Shown here piece after piece: positions 15,453 to 29,591 of a stretch of DNA of 64,000 nucleotides. Under the pieces are notes generated by a model. The model ran no database searches. It worked only from the letters and a program-made list of their open reading frames with translations, and was not told where the DNA came from. The stretch is from the human T2T-CHM13v2.0 reference genome, Homo sapiens, in the NCBI RefSeq assembly GCF_009914755.1, contig NC_060932.1; one strand, 5' to 3'. The position numbers and the translations under genes are program-made. How positions within the stretch are numbered: position 1 is the stretch's first letter; each line of letters begins with the position of its first letter.

Positions 15453-17450
15453 AGTCCATGCTGCACCAAACCTACCTGTCTAACTTTACTGCTTAGCAGA
15501 GAGTGTAGTCAGGCTAGTCACGCCATGGTCCTTGACATCTCCTTACTAAGTGATAGTTGTAACAGCTCATCAGCCTGACAAGGAGTTGTAATTAATTTAG
15601 GTGGATGCAACAACTTGGACCTGGGAAAGAGATAAAATAAGTAATGGGCAACTCGGCCCATTATTCCACTGAGTTGAACAGGAGAATGAGTCTGGTATTG
15701 GTTTCAGATGTGAGCATTTCACCAAGCTGAGAGCATATTCTAGAGATCAAAGATAGGTATTTTGGTACAGCAAGATTTCATATTCAAATTAACTAGTTCA
15801 TTTGATGGTTAGGCTAAAAAAAACCCAGCAAATTATCAATGCTGTAGGGAAAATTGAGCTGGACTTACGAGAAAGAATTTGTGTCTTCAGGGTGTCTGTG
15901 TGAGGGATTTGAATTTAAAGATAATCTTGACTCTGTATGTTTGTATTATTATTTGATTTTAGAGCCTAACCCTCAGATTTGATTCAATATTTTTTGTCTG
16001 CTACTCTTTGCTCCTACTTAACTCCCCAGTTGTACTCTAATGTGCTTTAAGTGCAGGGACTTTGTATATTTTTAATCCTTTATTCGCTGTAGAAGTCAGT
16101 AGTATAGTACAGAACTCCTAATCAAATGACTTCTCAGTACTTACTGGTGTTTGGCTTTATGTACTAGCCCAGTATATTCAGTTTTACGCCTTTTATGTTA
16201 CTTAGGTAAGCAGTTACTCAGGTAACCACCGTGGTGTAGCCAGGGGTTTTTTAACCTGGCGTTGAGTTGTTGTCCAAACAGTCTGAGATAATATGCACAT
16301 TTTTATGAGCACTTAAATATGTGCAGTTTTGTGGGAGAGCATTTGTAACTTTTGGTAGATTCTGAAAGAGTTCAAAAAGATTAAATGCCTTGGACCTAGA
16401 CAACGGAGGAAGAAAAGAAACCTTCTCAAAATCTGGGCTTTAAAAAATTGCTAAAAGAAAATTATGAAATGCAGTGCTGGATAGATTATTGGTGAAATAC
16501 ATGTCAGTAAATTTAAAATTTTAAAGTATGTATATCATCAGATTCTTAAATTCTTAACAGTGAGCTTCTGTAGACCAGAGGATGTCTGTTCTTTTATAAA
16601 GCTGATTTATTTTAAATGCACATGATAGGGGCTTTTCTAATTCAGCTTAATGCTTTATAGTGAAGAACTTCTTAATGACACAGTGATGAATTTTACCATG
16701 TTACTGCTCTATCTTATGCCCATTTCTGTAATTTAGACTTTTTTTCTTAGGAAAAGGGCTCTAGTGTGAAAAACCAAGAAAAAAAACTTGACAGTTTTCT
16801 TTGATCATGACTGTGAAGTCAGCACTGAGCTGGTAGAATCCATGTGACGTGACTGATTCTAGTGGTCCTGCAGTGTAGGGGAGCTGGAGGAGCCGTGCAC
16901 ATTGAAGGCACATAGCACGAAGCATTTCTGCTATAAAAAAGCGGGATCTATTTGCAAACACTTGTTTGAAGCCATGATTTTGAATTTATGACTTAAAATT
17001 CCATCTAAAAGTATTTTTACATTTAAAATTCCCTCTCCTTATTAGTAATATGTGCCTTTATTATAGATGATTATTTGCATTTGCATAAACAAGCTTATCA
17101 AATGTATATAAGAAAATTAGCAAGATAATGTTTAAGGGTGCTATCAGAATGATTCACAAATTGTTGATTTCTTTGCATTCACAAATTTAGTGAAATGTTA
17201 ATAAATTAGTATTTGTTGTATTCTCTGTTAAAATAGTTTCATACTGGTTTATTCTGAGGAGAATTTTTATTAGTGGATCAAAATATTTATGAAAGAACTT
17301 TAGATTCATGTTATTTCTGATGGGTGGTTGATGTACTTCAAAGATATACTTCATAGACTTGGAATGTTTGGGAAAACACGCTAAGTTCTGAAACTAGTGA
17401 GTCGGGAAAGAAAAACTAATATCTTTTTTTGTTTTGTCTCAATTATACAG

Positions 17451-17548
17451 CAGATATAATTTCTACAGTAGAATTTAATCATTCTGGAGAATTACTAGCA
17501 ACAGGAGATAAAGGTGGTAGAGTTGTCATCTTTCAACAGGAGCAGGAG
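17451..17548 (+). CDS. PPP2R2A: PP2A regulatory subunit B55-alpha, coding exon 3 ((A)[32 protein letters not shown])
   Basis: Polypyrimidine tract plus AG at 17449-50; GT donor 17549 (GAG|gtaagt); 98 nt; translation matches the B55-alpha N-terminal WD40 region. Confidence 0.97.
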
Positions 17549-18439
17549 GTAAGTGTTTAAAGTTTATTGTCTAAATTTCAGTTTGATCTTAGGACTAGAG
17601 CTTGTGTTGCACTGGAGAATCTCATCAGAGGATGTTGGAATTTTAAAAGAAGTGTGTGTTTATTGAATACAATGTCCAATATATAGACAGCTCTGGTTCT
17701 CTTAGCTTTGTATGTGTGCATGTGTGTACATGAGCGTATGTTGTTTTGGTTTAAAAACATAACACTAATTGTAAAAATACTTGATTAGAGAAGGGGGTGG
17801 AAAGTGATGGAATAATCCAAGATTTTAACGGTTTTGAAGCCTTGGCCCTTCATTATAATTTTTCCTTTGAAACTCCGTAAAGCAAAGTTGCTTTGACTTC
17901 TTCTCAATGCTTGGTTTACTTTGTACAATTGAGGGGTGAGAGGCTAGTTTAAAGAAAAAGCAGCTCAATTATTTTGATGTCAGTTCATAATAATACTGTT
18001 ACAATGATTTAAATGTAAAGGTTTAAATGACAGTTGCATGTACATGCATGTAAAGTAACTTAAAAGTGCAGTGCTAGCTTTTTGAAGAAAGAAAATTGCA
18101 GAATCGGTAATTAAAGTGGGCTTTTGTTTTGTTTTTCTTACAACTTAGGCACACTTCTAAATTTAATTGACCAGATTTCTCACTAAAAATTTTTTGCTAA
18201 ACAAAATTTGTCACACTTGGTTTTTTCTTATTCATTCTCTCCTTCCATTTGTAGATCAGAGTTTAACCATTAAAATCAGTTGTTTTGGAACATTCTGCCC
18301 CTATTTATAATATATTTAAAAAGTTTAAAGTAATGTGGATAAATTGCAGGGTTTTACAAATACATGTCTAAATCATAACACAGAGTTAGGTTTTAAAGGA
18401 TTGTGAAATTCCTTAAATAAGCAAAGAATCTAGTAATAA

Positions 18440-18545
18440 TACTACTACTTTGCACTTCTATAGCGCCTTTGACCTGAGGATCTCAAAGTGCTTTACAAAC
18501 ACTAATGAATTAATCCTCACAACACCCCAGTGAGGTAGGTAATTT
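18440..18545 (-). mobile_element. Ancient CORE-SINE (MIR family, MIR1_Amn-like) fragment; candidate exonised
   Basis: 'aaagtgctttaca...ttaatcctcacaacaccccagtgaggtaggta' is the antisense CORE domain. Confidence 0.75.
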
Positions 18546-19909
18546 AATTTTAAAAGAAATGATTAATAGTGTCTGATTAGAAGATGCACAAACACTAAAT
18601 ATGTCTTTTATTATTTTTTTCGTTTGGAAGAAAATATGAAAATAAGACTCAAGCTTTGCTTGACAAAGAATGGTCTCGTGGGAAGTGGGGGGCTAAATCA
18701 GTTTTCTGTTTTTAAGTAGCCAAAAACTCGACCATAAGAATCTTGACATACTTAGAGTTGACATGGAACCTTACATTATAATTTCATTATAATTTCCCTT
18801 TATTTACTAACAGGAAAGTCAAGATATAAATAGATTACTTTATTACTTAGTGGCAGAACTAACAAGCAGAACCTGAACTTTTGACATGTCGTTTTTCAGT
18901 ATTCTTTGCTGTTTTTCATGCTAGATAACCAAAATGTGAAAGTTTTTATCTAGAGTTTAGAGCAGACCTTCCCATAGGTGTTCTCTGCCCTTGAATGTAT
19001 TTTTTACTGAAAGTTATTGACTCTCTACACTTTACTTTTATTTTAAAGAAAAGTGTTTGAGAAAAACTCGTAAAAATTGATTTTGCCCTAGGCTTAACAT
19101 TCTGAGGGTTTCAGAAAGTCTTCATTTTTAATGAAGGCATTGTGTCATTGTCAATTCTAAAATACAAGTTTGTCAATTAAAAGCTAATTTGGAACTATTT
19201 TGCCTGAGAATGAAGTCATTTTCATCTCCTGTGGTCGTTTGTTGTCCAAGTCAAAATCAAGTGTGGAAAAAATGGCTGAAAATTTTTTTAATTGGGGGAA
19301 ATGTTTGTTTTAATATGGGTTTAGTAATGTAGTCAGAATATTAGTATTTAGTATTTTCCTAAAGGCTGTTAGTAATACATTAATTTGTAATTAAATTCCA
19401 AATTTAATAGTTACTGAAATTACTCATTTACTTGTATTAGAAAATAAGACAAAATTATTTTAAAGATAATCATTTCCCGTGATTCTTTTCTGAAACCCCA
19501 CTGAAGATTCTAAAGTGCTAATATTTTAACTACATTTTCTTGTAAGAAGAATTGAGCAGAATAACTTTTTGGGAAGGGCCATTGATAGGAAAAATAGGAC
19601 CTCCTTTTCATGTGTCTCATTCTTCTTAACTATATTTAAGAATTCTAGATGGAGAGTTTTGTAGAAACTCAGTAACATGTCTTTTGAGAATTACTTAGTG
19701 GTGTAAATATCAGCATGTTTTTAAGTGATAGATTAAGTAAAGATGATGATGGTGATTGACTCTTCACTTCTGAAACTTGATCTTGACTATTAATTTGGTG
19801 TGTTTTGCCTATTTAATTTTCTACATTTTAAAGCCCTGTCTTAGAGTTTCTAATACAGTATTGTCTTCAGAATCTATGTCATTGGTCATAAATATGTATA
19901 CTTGACACT

Positions 19910-20026
19910 TAGAGGCACCTTTGTTTCAATACCTAATGTAATTGGATGAGATTTTATGAATTCACATCTAGAGGCACCTTTGTTTCAATACCTAATGTAA
20001 TTGAATGAGATTTTATGAATTCACAT
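19910..20026. repeat. Tandem duplication, 59-bp period, 2 copies
   Basis: tagaggcacc...ttcacat at 19910-19967 and 19969-20026, one mismatch. Confidence 0.97.
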
Positions 20027-21469
20027 GTATATATCTGTAAGATAGTGTTACAGTTTGAAAAGTGAAAGAAATAGTCCTTTCCTAATTTGTAGATAAAATC
20101 CAAATTATTTAACAAGGTTATATTGCTTCATTTAGTAGCAAAAATCAGGTTAGGATTTGGGTCTCCGATTTTCAATCCAACTATTATATGTTCATTCCAG
20201 AGTACACTGGTGCCTAATGTTTCTTAGACTCTGATGAGGGTGCTAGCCTTGTTTGCAGAATACACTGGCATTTGATCTATTGTGGCTTTATTCTCTTACC
20301 TAGTGGCAGGGTTCCTTCTTAAACTTGACTTTACTGGAGACCAAAATATCTCCACCCACTCATTTTTATTGTCTTTACTTGGAAGAAGAAGAGATCATAT
20401 AACAGCAACAGAGAACTTGGCACATCAGACTTTGACATCTGTAACCCCTCATTGTCTGCCTCATTTATTTTACCCTTCAGAAGTAGCTAGTCTCCTTCCT
20501 GTGATCCAGGCGGGTATCTGTGTCCTCTTGCTGCCTGTCCGTTTATTCCCCAATCGTAATATAAAGAAACTGAGTAGCCAATTCAGAGGGTCTTCATTTG
20601 GTTTGAGTATGTTTCAGACTGATAATTGTTTAATATTTTTAGCTGTCATTTAATAGCATTGTTATAACTAATATATTTGTATAGGTATTCTGCTACACGG
20701 AATCTCTGTTGTAGAATCAGGGCACCTAAAGAAATTGAGGCACACAAGTAAAGTGATTTCCCTGATGTAATCACAGCCATCATGTGATCAGTGAGAGTCC
20801 AAAATTCTGATAACAAATCCAGTGTTCTTTATAGCATGACCCGATATAAGTGACCCATGTTATTTTTATAGCTTCTAATAGCTTTTGACAGCAAAGTAAA
20901 TGATAGGGTATATTCTTTTTGTTAATGAAAATATTAATACAGGGTTTTGAGGAGAAGAGTCCAAACAGCTATTAAAGTGGATAATGATGTTCTCTAGGTT
21001 TTAGGGATTTTTGTTGTTTCCATGGGTGCTCAAATTAGGTAATTAGCAGTTGTCAAAGTAGCTGGTTTCCTACTGAGTTGGGTTGCTCAGACCTTCAGTT
21101 TCTCTGAGACTTTGTGATGTACCCTGTAAGGTAGTGTGGGTGTGTGGGTGCTGGGTTAAAGGGACAGCTAAGACAGAAGGTGAGGAGGGAGGTTGTACCT
21201 CTTTCCACTTCTTTTTATAATTTTTCTAGGTTGGTATGGGGCCTTTGATTTTTGTTTTCTAGGGCTGCTGGTAACTTTCTTGGATTTCATACCCTCTGGC
21301 TTTTTTTATTCTTAATGTGGTATTCCCAAAATTCCTTAACAGGATACAGAAGAAACCTTAAAAAGCATGCTTTTCACAAAAGATGGATAGTATTGTTAAT
21401 ATGATAGTATTACCTTTCTAAATTATATATGGCTCAAAATGTTTGCATGTATTTAAAATGCAGATTTCT

Positions 21470-21759
21470 GGGTTGGGGGCCGTGGCTGATGCCTGCAGTC
21501 CCAACACTTTGGGAGGCTGAGGCAGGTGGATCACTTGAGGGCAGGCTGGCCAACATAGTGAAACCCTGTATCTAATAAAAATACAAAAATTAGCTGATCC
21601 TGGTGGCACATACCTGTAATCCCAGCTATGTGACTGAAATATGAGGATCACTTGAACCTAGGAGGCGGAGGTTGCAGTGAGCTGAGATGGTGCCTTTGCA
21701 CTCCAGCCTGGGCAACAGAGTGAGACTGTCTCAAAAACTAATAATAAAAAATAAATAAA
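21470..21759 (+). mobile_element. Alu (AluS-like)
   Basis: Dimer with TSD taaaat(g/a)cagatttct at 21454-21469 and 21760-21775. Confidence 0.9.
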
Positions 21760-21861
21760 TAAAATACAGATTTCTATCCTGCTCCTCAAGATTACTAAAT
21801 CAGAATATGTATGTATATGGTGCATTCATAGAATGTAAGAGCTAACATTTATAGGGCTTTC

Positions 21862-22560
<699 letters not shown>

Positions 22561-23388
22561 GTAGTGCAGTCTCCTTTTGCCAGCTGGGGGCCCAGGTACC
22601 AGATTACCCATCCAAAGTCATACAGTTAATAAGGAAGTGATTCTTCACTGCAGAAGCCACACATCCTGATTTCTACTGCATGGCTTTGCCCACTCTAACC
22701 TGGATGTAGTAGCAGCAGTTTATGTGCTAGGACCTCTGCCAAGATCCCTAAATCTTACTTAATCATCACAGCAAAATAACAAAGATGTATGTATGTTTAC
22801 TATATCTTGATGTATTACAAATTTATAAATAAAATGAGATTTAGAGAGGATAAGTAACATTTCCAAGAGCACCCTGCTAGGTAAGTGGGTAAAAGCTAAT
22901 TCTGTGTAAATTTGGATGAGTATTCACAATGCTGGCTATTGATATTAAAATAAAAAAAACTTTAATCCTGTTTGGTGTGATGAGCCTAATTGTTAGAAAT
23001 CACACAGGAAAATCAGTCTCATTACTTTATACCTAATGAGGAAAGTACGTGATCCTTAGACTTTTTAATATGAGCTATTGAGTGATCTGTTTTCTGTCAT
23101 AGGTGTTAGAGGGGAAAATGGACTAAGAGTTGAACAGCCTTGGTTCTAGTCCTGGTATTCATTTATGCATTTGCCCAGCCATCTCTTCTTGTTCAGCCTT
23201 TTAGCGTCCAGATTTCTGTCCAGACTGCCATCAGATTCTTGTCAGCTACCTGTTAATCTTTTGGGGCTCCTTAGGGTATTACATTTCCCAAAAGCAAAAT
23301 ATCATGTATTTTAAATATTTAAAATATCGGCTCAATGGGTACCTAATTTTACCCGTTGAGCAGAAATTTGAATTAACCATATTTCTTA

Positions 23389-23734
23389 TACAGGGTGAGT
23401 ATCCCTTATCTGAAATGCTTGGAACCAGAAGTGTTTCAAATTTCAGATGTTTTCGGATTTTGGAATATGCGCATGTGTACATAATGAGATATATTGGGGA
23501 TGGGACCCAAGTCCTAAACACAAATTAAATTGTTTCATATACACCTTATACATATGACCTGAAGATAATTATACAACATTTTAAATCATTTGTGCATGAA
23601 ACACAGTTTTGACTGTGACCCATCACATGAGGCCAGGTGTGAAATTTTCCACTTGTGTCATGTTGACAGTAAAAAGTTTCAAATTGTGGAGCATTTTGGG
23701 TTTCAGATTTTCAGATTAGGTATGCTCAACCTAT
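23389..23734. mobile_element. Tigger4/MER46-type TcMar element
   Basis: TIR-like ends 'tacagggtgagtatccc' and 'tatgctcaaccta'. Confidence 0.8.
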
Positions 23735-24581
23735 CCCCAAGAAATTCTCCACCAAAAACAACTCCAAATCTATGAAATTAATAATGCCCAGTAATTTTGG
23801 AATTAATTATTTAATTAATAAACTTGGAATTTATTTACCTTTCCTTCTTCCTGTGCTCTCCCTAGCCTCACACATATAAAACATTTCATTGTATTCTTAT
23901 TATTAATAATTTTTCCCTCTTAATTATAAATTCATTATGCTCGATGTAGATAATTCAGTAAATATGGATAAGTGGCAAAGAATGCATGTATAACCCCACC
24001 AAACAAAAATAAGAACTTTTGGTATATACCAAAGGCCTGTCTTTCTGAATATCTGATTATAAATTTAGGGTTGTATGATTTTTTTTCTCACATACTGTAT
24101 AGTGAATACCTTTTCATGTCATTCAGTTTTCTGTATCACCATCTCTGTAATGACATGACATGACATAATTATGTTTATTTGATCTAGTCTCTATTGTTAG
24201 ATTCCTAGATTGTTTATTTCTGCCTCTTTTTTCAGGGTTGGGAGGTGAGCGACTGCCCCTTTGCAGTTACTGTGTTTTTCCCTCTTTCTAAAAAAAGAAA
24301 AGTAGCAACTTGGTGATTGAAAATACATTATTTCATTGGATTTTGGTTTTACTTTACGCCTTAATACTCCCAATAATTAAAGCATCTTGTTCTATGCCCT
24401 CTTTTTCTAGTGGTGTATTTATTGAATTTGGATGGGCCACATATTGTGAGAGACGGCATCAGCTCTTTTTCTCACGAGGCATTATGTTTTTCAGCTTTGT
24501 TGATTGGCTGCCTTTAAATTTTATTTTACTTTTTGTTTTTCTGCCCACAGATTATTTAAACATTCTTTTGTTCCCTTTTAA

Positions 24582-25003
<422 letters not shown>

Positions 25004-26875
25004 TTATTACATTATTTATTGAAATTTTTTCACATGGATTTAAAATGCACATTAGATCAGTCATCTGCAGAGTTGTGTCTAGACTTCACTATATTTTAGC
25101 TTTTCAAAGTCTTATTCAAGGATGATGAACTCTGCTAGTCTTTCTACTTTATTCGTTCCTTCTTACAGTTGAGTTGTGTAGATAGGTTTTGAAATGTATT
25201 GAAATTGGGTTCTTTCTCAAATATCTCTCTATAGCCTTTCAGAGTAAATACTTGATCAGAATAGTTGTTGTTGCATATTTCTTAGTGTCTAGTTATTAAG
25301 AAGGATTTGACTTGTGCCTTTACAAAGGGGAATTTTCTAGCGAACTTCATCTGTAGTCAATTTATCAGGGGTATGGAGGACTTTCTTATTAGAATGTTAC
25401 CAGTGGAAAGGACATTGAAGACTATCTGATCCGATCTTATTTGTTATTTCTCCAATTTGAGGCACAGAGAAGAGTCTGAAATCAGGCGCCTCAAATGTCG
25501 GGGTGTCATGCATTTACCTGCATCATGTTGTTTCTAAATGATAGAATTTGCACTTGATCCTTATCTGGAAGAGAAACTAATATTTGAACTTTACTTGCTT
25601 TTGCATTAAATTCCCAAAGTTATCCTGTCCTGAGAGAATAAATTGTATTTAACACATGAAGAAAACGTGATCCAGGGGATTGTTATATTTTATGAACTTC
25701 AAAGGGAAAGAGACACAAGTAGTAAAATGAATCTTTTTTTTTTTTTTTAATCTAACACCAGGTAGGGTTCATCTGAATCTTCTCTCAGAGAGAAACCAAC
25801 TCCTTAAGGGTCCAGGTTAGATTGAAATTCCATTTTGAGAGAAACAAGGTTGGAGAGCCTTGAGATCTGCCTCCATTCCTTGGTTGTTGATAGAACTGGG
25901 GAAGAGCGCTAGCATCTGAGCAAGGCACAGTTTTCGTGTGGGGTGTTTGTGTGTGTCCACGCGCATGTGCATGGAGGGTTTTTTTTTTTTTTCCATTCCT
26001 TTCAGTAATGTGTAAAATGTAGAATAAATAAGCATTCCTCCTATGTAACTTTATCACTTAATCTGTAGCATAGTTTAGAACAGATATTCTAGCTAGTTTG
26101 ATAATCTGAGTGAAAGCACTTTAACAACTTTAGGTTTTAAAGCATTATATTAATTGTATTTTATGCATTTCCTTTAAATTTTATTTGACTATCTTATAGA
26201 CAAATAATAATGCTACTTGATTTGACTTTCTAATTGTTTCAACCAGGTATCCTTCATTCAGATATCTCTCCCACTATATTATTGTTTTTTTGATAGGATA
26301 TTGTGACTGATACGCTTCCAAATTGCACTTAGAATAGTACATAATAGGCACTCAGTGAATGAGTATTAACTTACTGAACATAATTTAATAAGGCCTTGCA
26401 AAATCTTGAAGTGCTCCATGACTATCGTTATCATTAGTTTAGAGAAAGTTTTGAGATTTCTCTTGTGTTTATTTCATCGAATGACTTGTATTTTGCTTTA
26501 TTCTAGAAAGTTCCCCATATTTTCTGAATGTGTTGAGAGTAGTTATCAGATATCATTTAATTTTGTTTTGTACCATTTCTGCCACTGTCCCTGAATGCCC
26601 ATTTCACAAGACACTGACTCTTTTAAAATACTTTTATACTGCTATAAAATATAAAACAAATGACTGCTTACACTATATAGAAGATGAACATTAATAAACA
26701 GTAAGTTTTAGTAGGGTTCTATTTGGAGGCTTAAAAATATTCATTTATTTTCTGCTATATGAGATCAAAGTAAAATACATTTATTATTTTCTTAAATTTT
26801 TAAATTTTTTCCACGGAGCAAAGTAAATATTTCCTACATTTTTGCAGAGTTTCATTTAAGGAAGGAGAAAGTTAG

Positions 26876-27216
26876 TACAGGTTGAGCATTCCTAACCCAA
26901 AATCCAAAGTATTCCAGAATTGGAGACTTATTGAATGCTGATGTGATACCACAAGTGGAAAATTCCCCTGGCCTCATGTGATGGGTCACAGTCAAAACTT
27001 TGTTTCATGCACAAAATTAATTAAAATGCTGTATAAAATTACTTTCAGGCTATATGTATAAGGTATATACAAAACCACTGAATTTTGTATTTAGACTTGG
27101 GTCCCCTCCCTAAGATAATATTATGAATATGTAAATATTCCAAAATATGGAAAAAAATGTGAAATCTGAAACACTTCTGGTCCTAAGCATCTTGGATAAG
27201 GGATACTCAGCCTGTA
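26876..27216. mobile_element. Tigger4/MER46-type element, inverted relative to 23389-23734
   Basis: 'tacaggttgagcattcc...ggataagggatactcagcctgta'. Confidence 0.8.
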
Positions 27217-27436
27217 AAAGCACAATGGAGTTACTTATATTTAGAAGTAGCTGTTGAAAAATGTTAAGTGAAATTCTTTCAGAAGTTTGCCTTTAAGTCT
27301 TGACTATTCTTAGTATGTTTATTGCAGAAAATAGGAAAAATGTGTATCATTTCCACAAAGAATAAAATCAAAACCATCCCATAACAGGAATGAAAAATGA
27401 AGACCTGTGTGTGTGTATGTATGTGTGGTTTTCTCA

Positions 27437-27958
27437 GGGATTTTTGTTTTGTTTTACAGAATGAGACTCATGTTGTACATATCACTTTGTAATGTTTAGT
27501 TTTATTTACTGTCAATGTTTTCTCAGGTTGAAATATTGCCTCCCAGTCAGGGAGATGAAGAGACTGTTGGAACCATTGAGTAGAAAGGGGCACTTGAATA
27601 GTTGGGAAGAACATACTCCATCTTATAACTTAGGTGACAAGGTTCAATAAACTTGTGGCTTGTGGGAACAGCTTATACTTCTACCAGTAGTATGTGACTT
27701 TGCCTTTCTGTCACTAAAACAATGGTCATTATCACATTTTTAATTTTTTGTTCATTTAAGGGAAAATAATATTGCTTAGTTTTGGTGGGTGGGTAGATGT
27801 GTGTGTGTTTTGTTGGGGATTTTTGTTTTGTTTTACAGAATGAGACTCATGTTGTACATATCACTTTGTAATGTTTAGTTTTATGTACTGTCAATGTTTT
27901 CTCAGGTTGAAATACTGCCTTCCAGTTAGGGAGACGAAGAGACTGTTGGAACCATTGA
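27437..27958. repeat. Dispersed direct duplication of 143 bp (27437-27579 / 27816-27958)
   Basis: Aligned by eye: 5 mismatches, no indels. Confidence 0.95.
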
Positions 27959-28150
27959 TTGGGTTACTTCCACCTTTTGGCTCTTGAGAATAAAGCTGTA
28001 ATGGGCATGGCTGTCCAAACACCTCTCTGAGGTCCCATTTTCAGTTCTTTGGGATAAAATCCAGAAGTGGGATTGCTGGATTATATGGTAGTTCTATTTT
28101 TAGCTTTTTTGAGGAATCTCCACGTTGTTTTCCATAGTGGCTGCAACATA
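27959..28150 (-). mobile_element. L1 ORF2 3'-end fragment
   Basis: 'ccagaagtgggattgctggattatatggtagttctattttt...ttttccatagtggctgc'. Confidence 0.85.
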
Positions 28151-28612
28151 TGTGTGGTATATATTTTAAAATCTTTATTTAAATATACACTGAAAAGTAC
28201 ATAAAATACTAGCAGATTATTACATAGCAAACATTTAGGTCAAGAAATAGAACTTCCTACGCTTCCACAAACCCTTCTCTTTTCCCTTCCTCTCCTTTAT
28301 GAGCCTGTCTTATTAATGATTATTTTGGCCTGCAGTTTTAGAACTTTGAATAGATGGAATCCACAGTTTATCCATTATGAGTAATGTTGCTGTGAACATT
28401 CTTACTCATGTTTTTTGCTGTACAATCATGGGTAGAAATATTATGCCCATAGGGTAGGCATTCACTGTTAGCAGACATCACAGTAAAAAGTTCTGCTAAT
28501 TTTATTCTTGTGAACAGTATATAAATTTTATGGCTGTTCTACATCTTTGCCAGTGCTATGTGTTGTATTATCAGTCTTTTAAAATTTAACACTTTGTGGG
28601 TATGAATTAAGT

Positions 28613-28922
28613 TTGTATTTACTGTTTGTTTGTTTTTTTTTGAGACGAAGTCTTCTTGCTTTGTCACCCAGGCTGGAATGCAGTTGGTGTGATCTTCGCT
28701 CACTGCAACCTCCTCCTCCCATCAAGTGATTCTCCTGACTCAGCCTCCCAAGTAGCTGGGATTACAGGCATGCACCACCATGCCCAGCTAAATTTTTGTA
28801 TTTTTGGTAGAGAGAGAGTTTCACTGTGTTAGCCAGGCTGGTCTCGAACTCGACCTCAGGTGATCTGCCCGCCTCAGTCTCCCAAAGTGCTGGGATTACA
28901 GGCATGAGACATCACGTCCGGC
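28613..28922 (-). mobile_element. Alu (AluSx-like)
   Basis: Reverse Alu dimer. Confidence 0.9.
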
Positions 28923-28964
28923 CTTGTACTTACTCTTGTGATTCACATTGAGATTGAGTAGTTG

Positions 28965-29265
28965 TTGTGTTGTTTTGAGACAGGGTGTTTCTTTGTTGCC
29001 CAGGTTGGAGTGTGCAGTGGTGCGCTTACAGCTCACTGTAGCCTCAAACTTCTGGACTCAAGTGATCCTTCCCACTTCAGCCTCCCCAGTAGCTGAGACT
29101 ACAGGCGTGCACTGCAACACTTGACTAATTTTTTTTTTCTCTCTCTCTTTTTTTGGTAGGGATGGTCTCACTGTGTTGCTGATCTTGAACTCCTGACCTC
29201 AAGCAATCCTCTGTCTTGGCCTCCCAAAGTGTTGGATTACAGGCATGAGCTGCGACTCCTAGCCA
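28965..29265 (-). mobile_element. AluJ
   Basis: Diverged reverse Alu dimer. Confidence 0.85.
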
Positions 29266-29417
29266 GAGCTGCTTTTTATATGTTTATTGGCTATTTGGAT
29301 GTTATCTTTTGGAAGTGACTATCGAAATCTCTTATAATTTTCTGTGTTGTGTGTCATTTTTCTTACTGATTTGTAGACTTTCTTTACACTTTTTGTAGAT
29401 GAACTCTTTTTCAGTTA

Positions 29418-29591
<174 letters not shown>

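Noticed and set aside
16840-16965. CRE-like TGACGTGA plus TATAAAA ~500 bp upstream of exon 3 (internal promoter?)
   Set aside because: Short motifs expected by chance in AT-rich DNA; no CpG island or clear first-exon donor.
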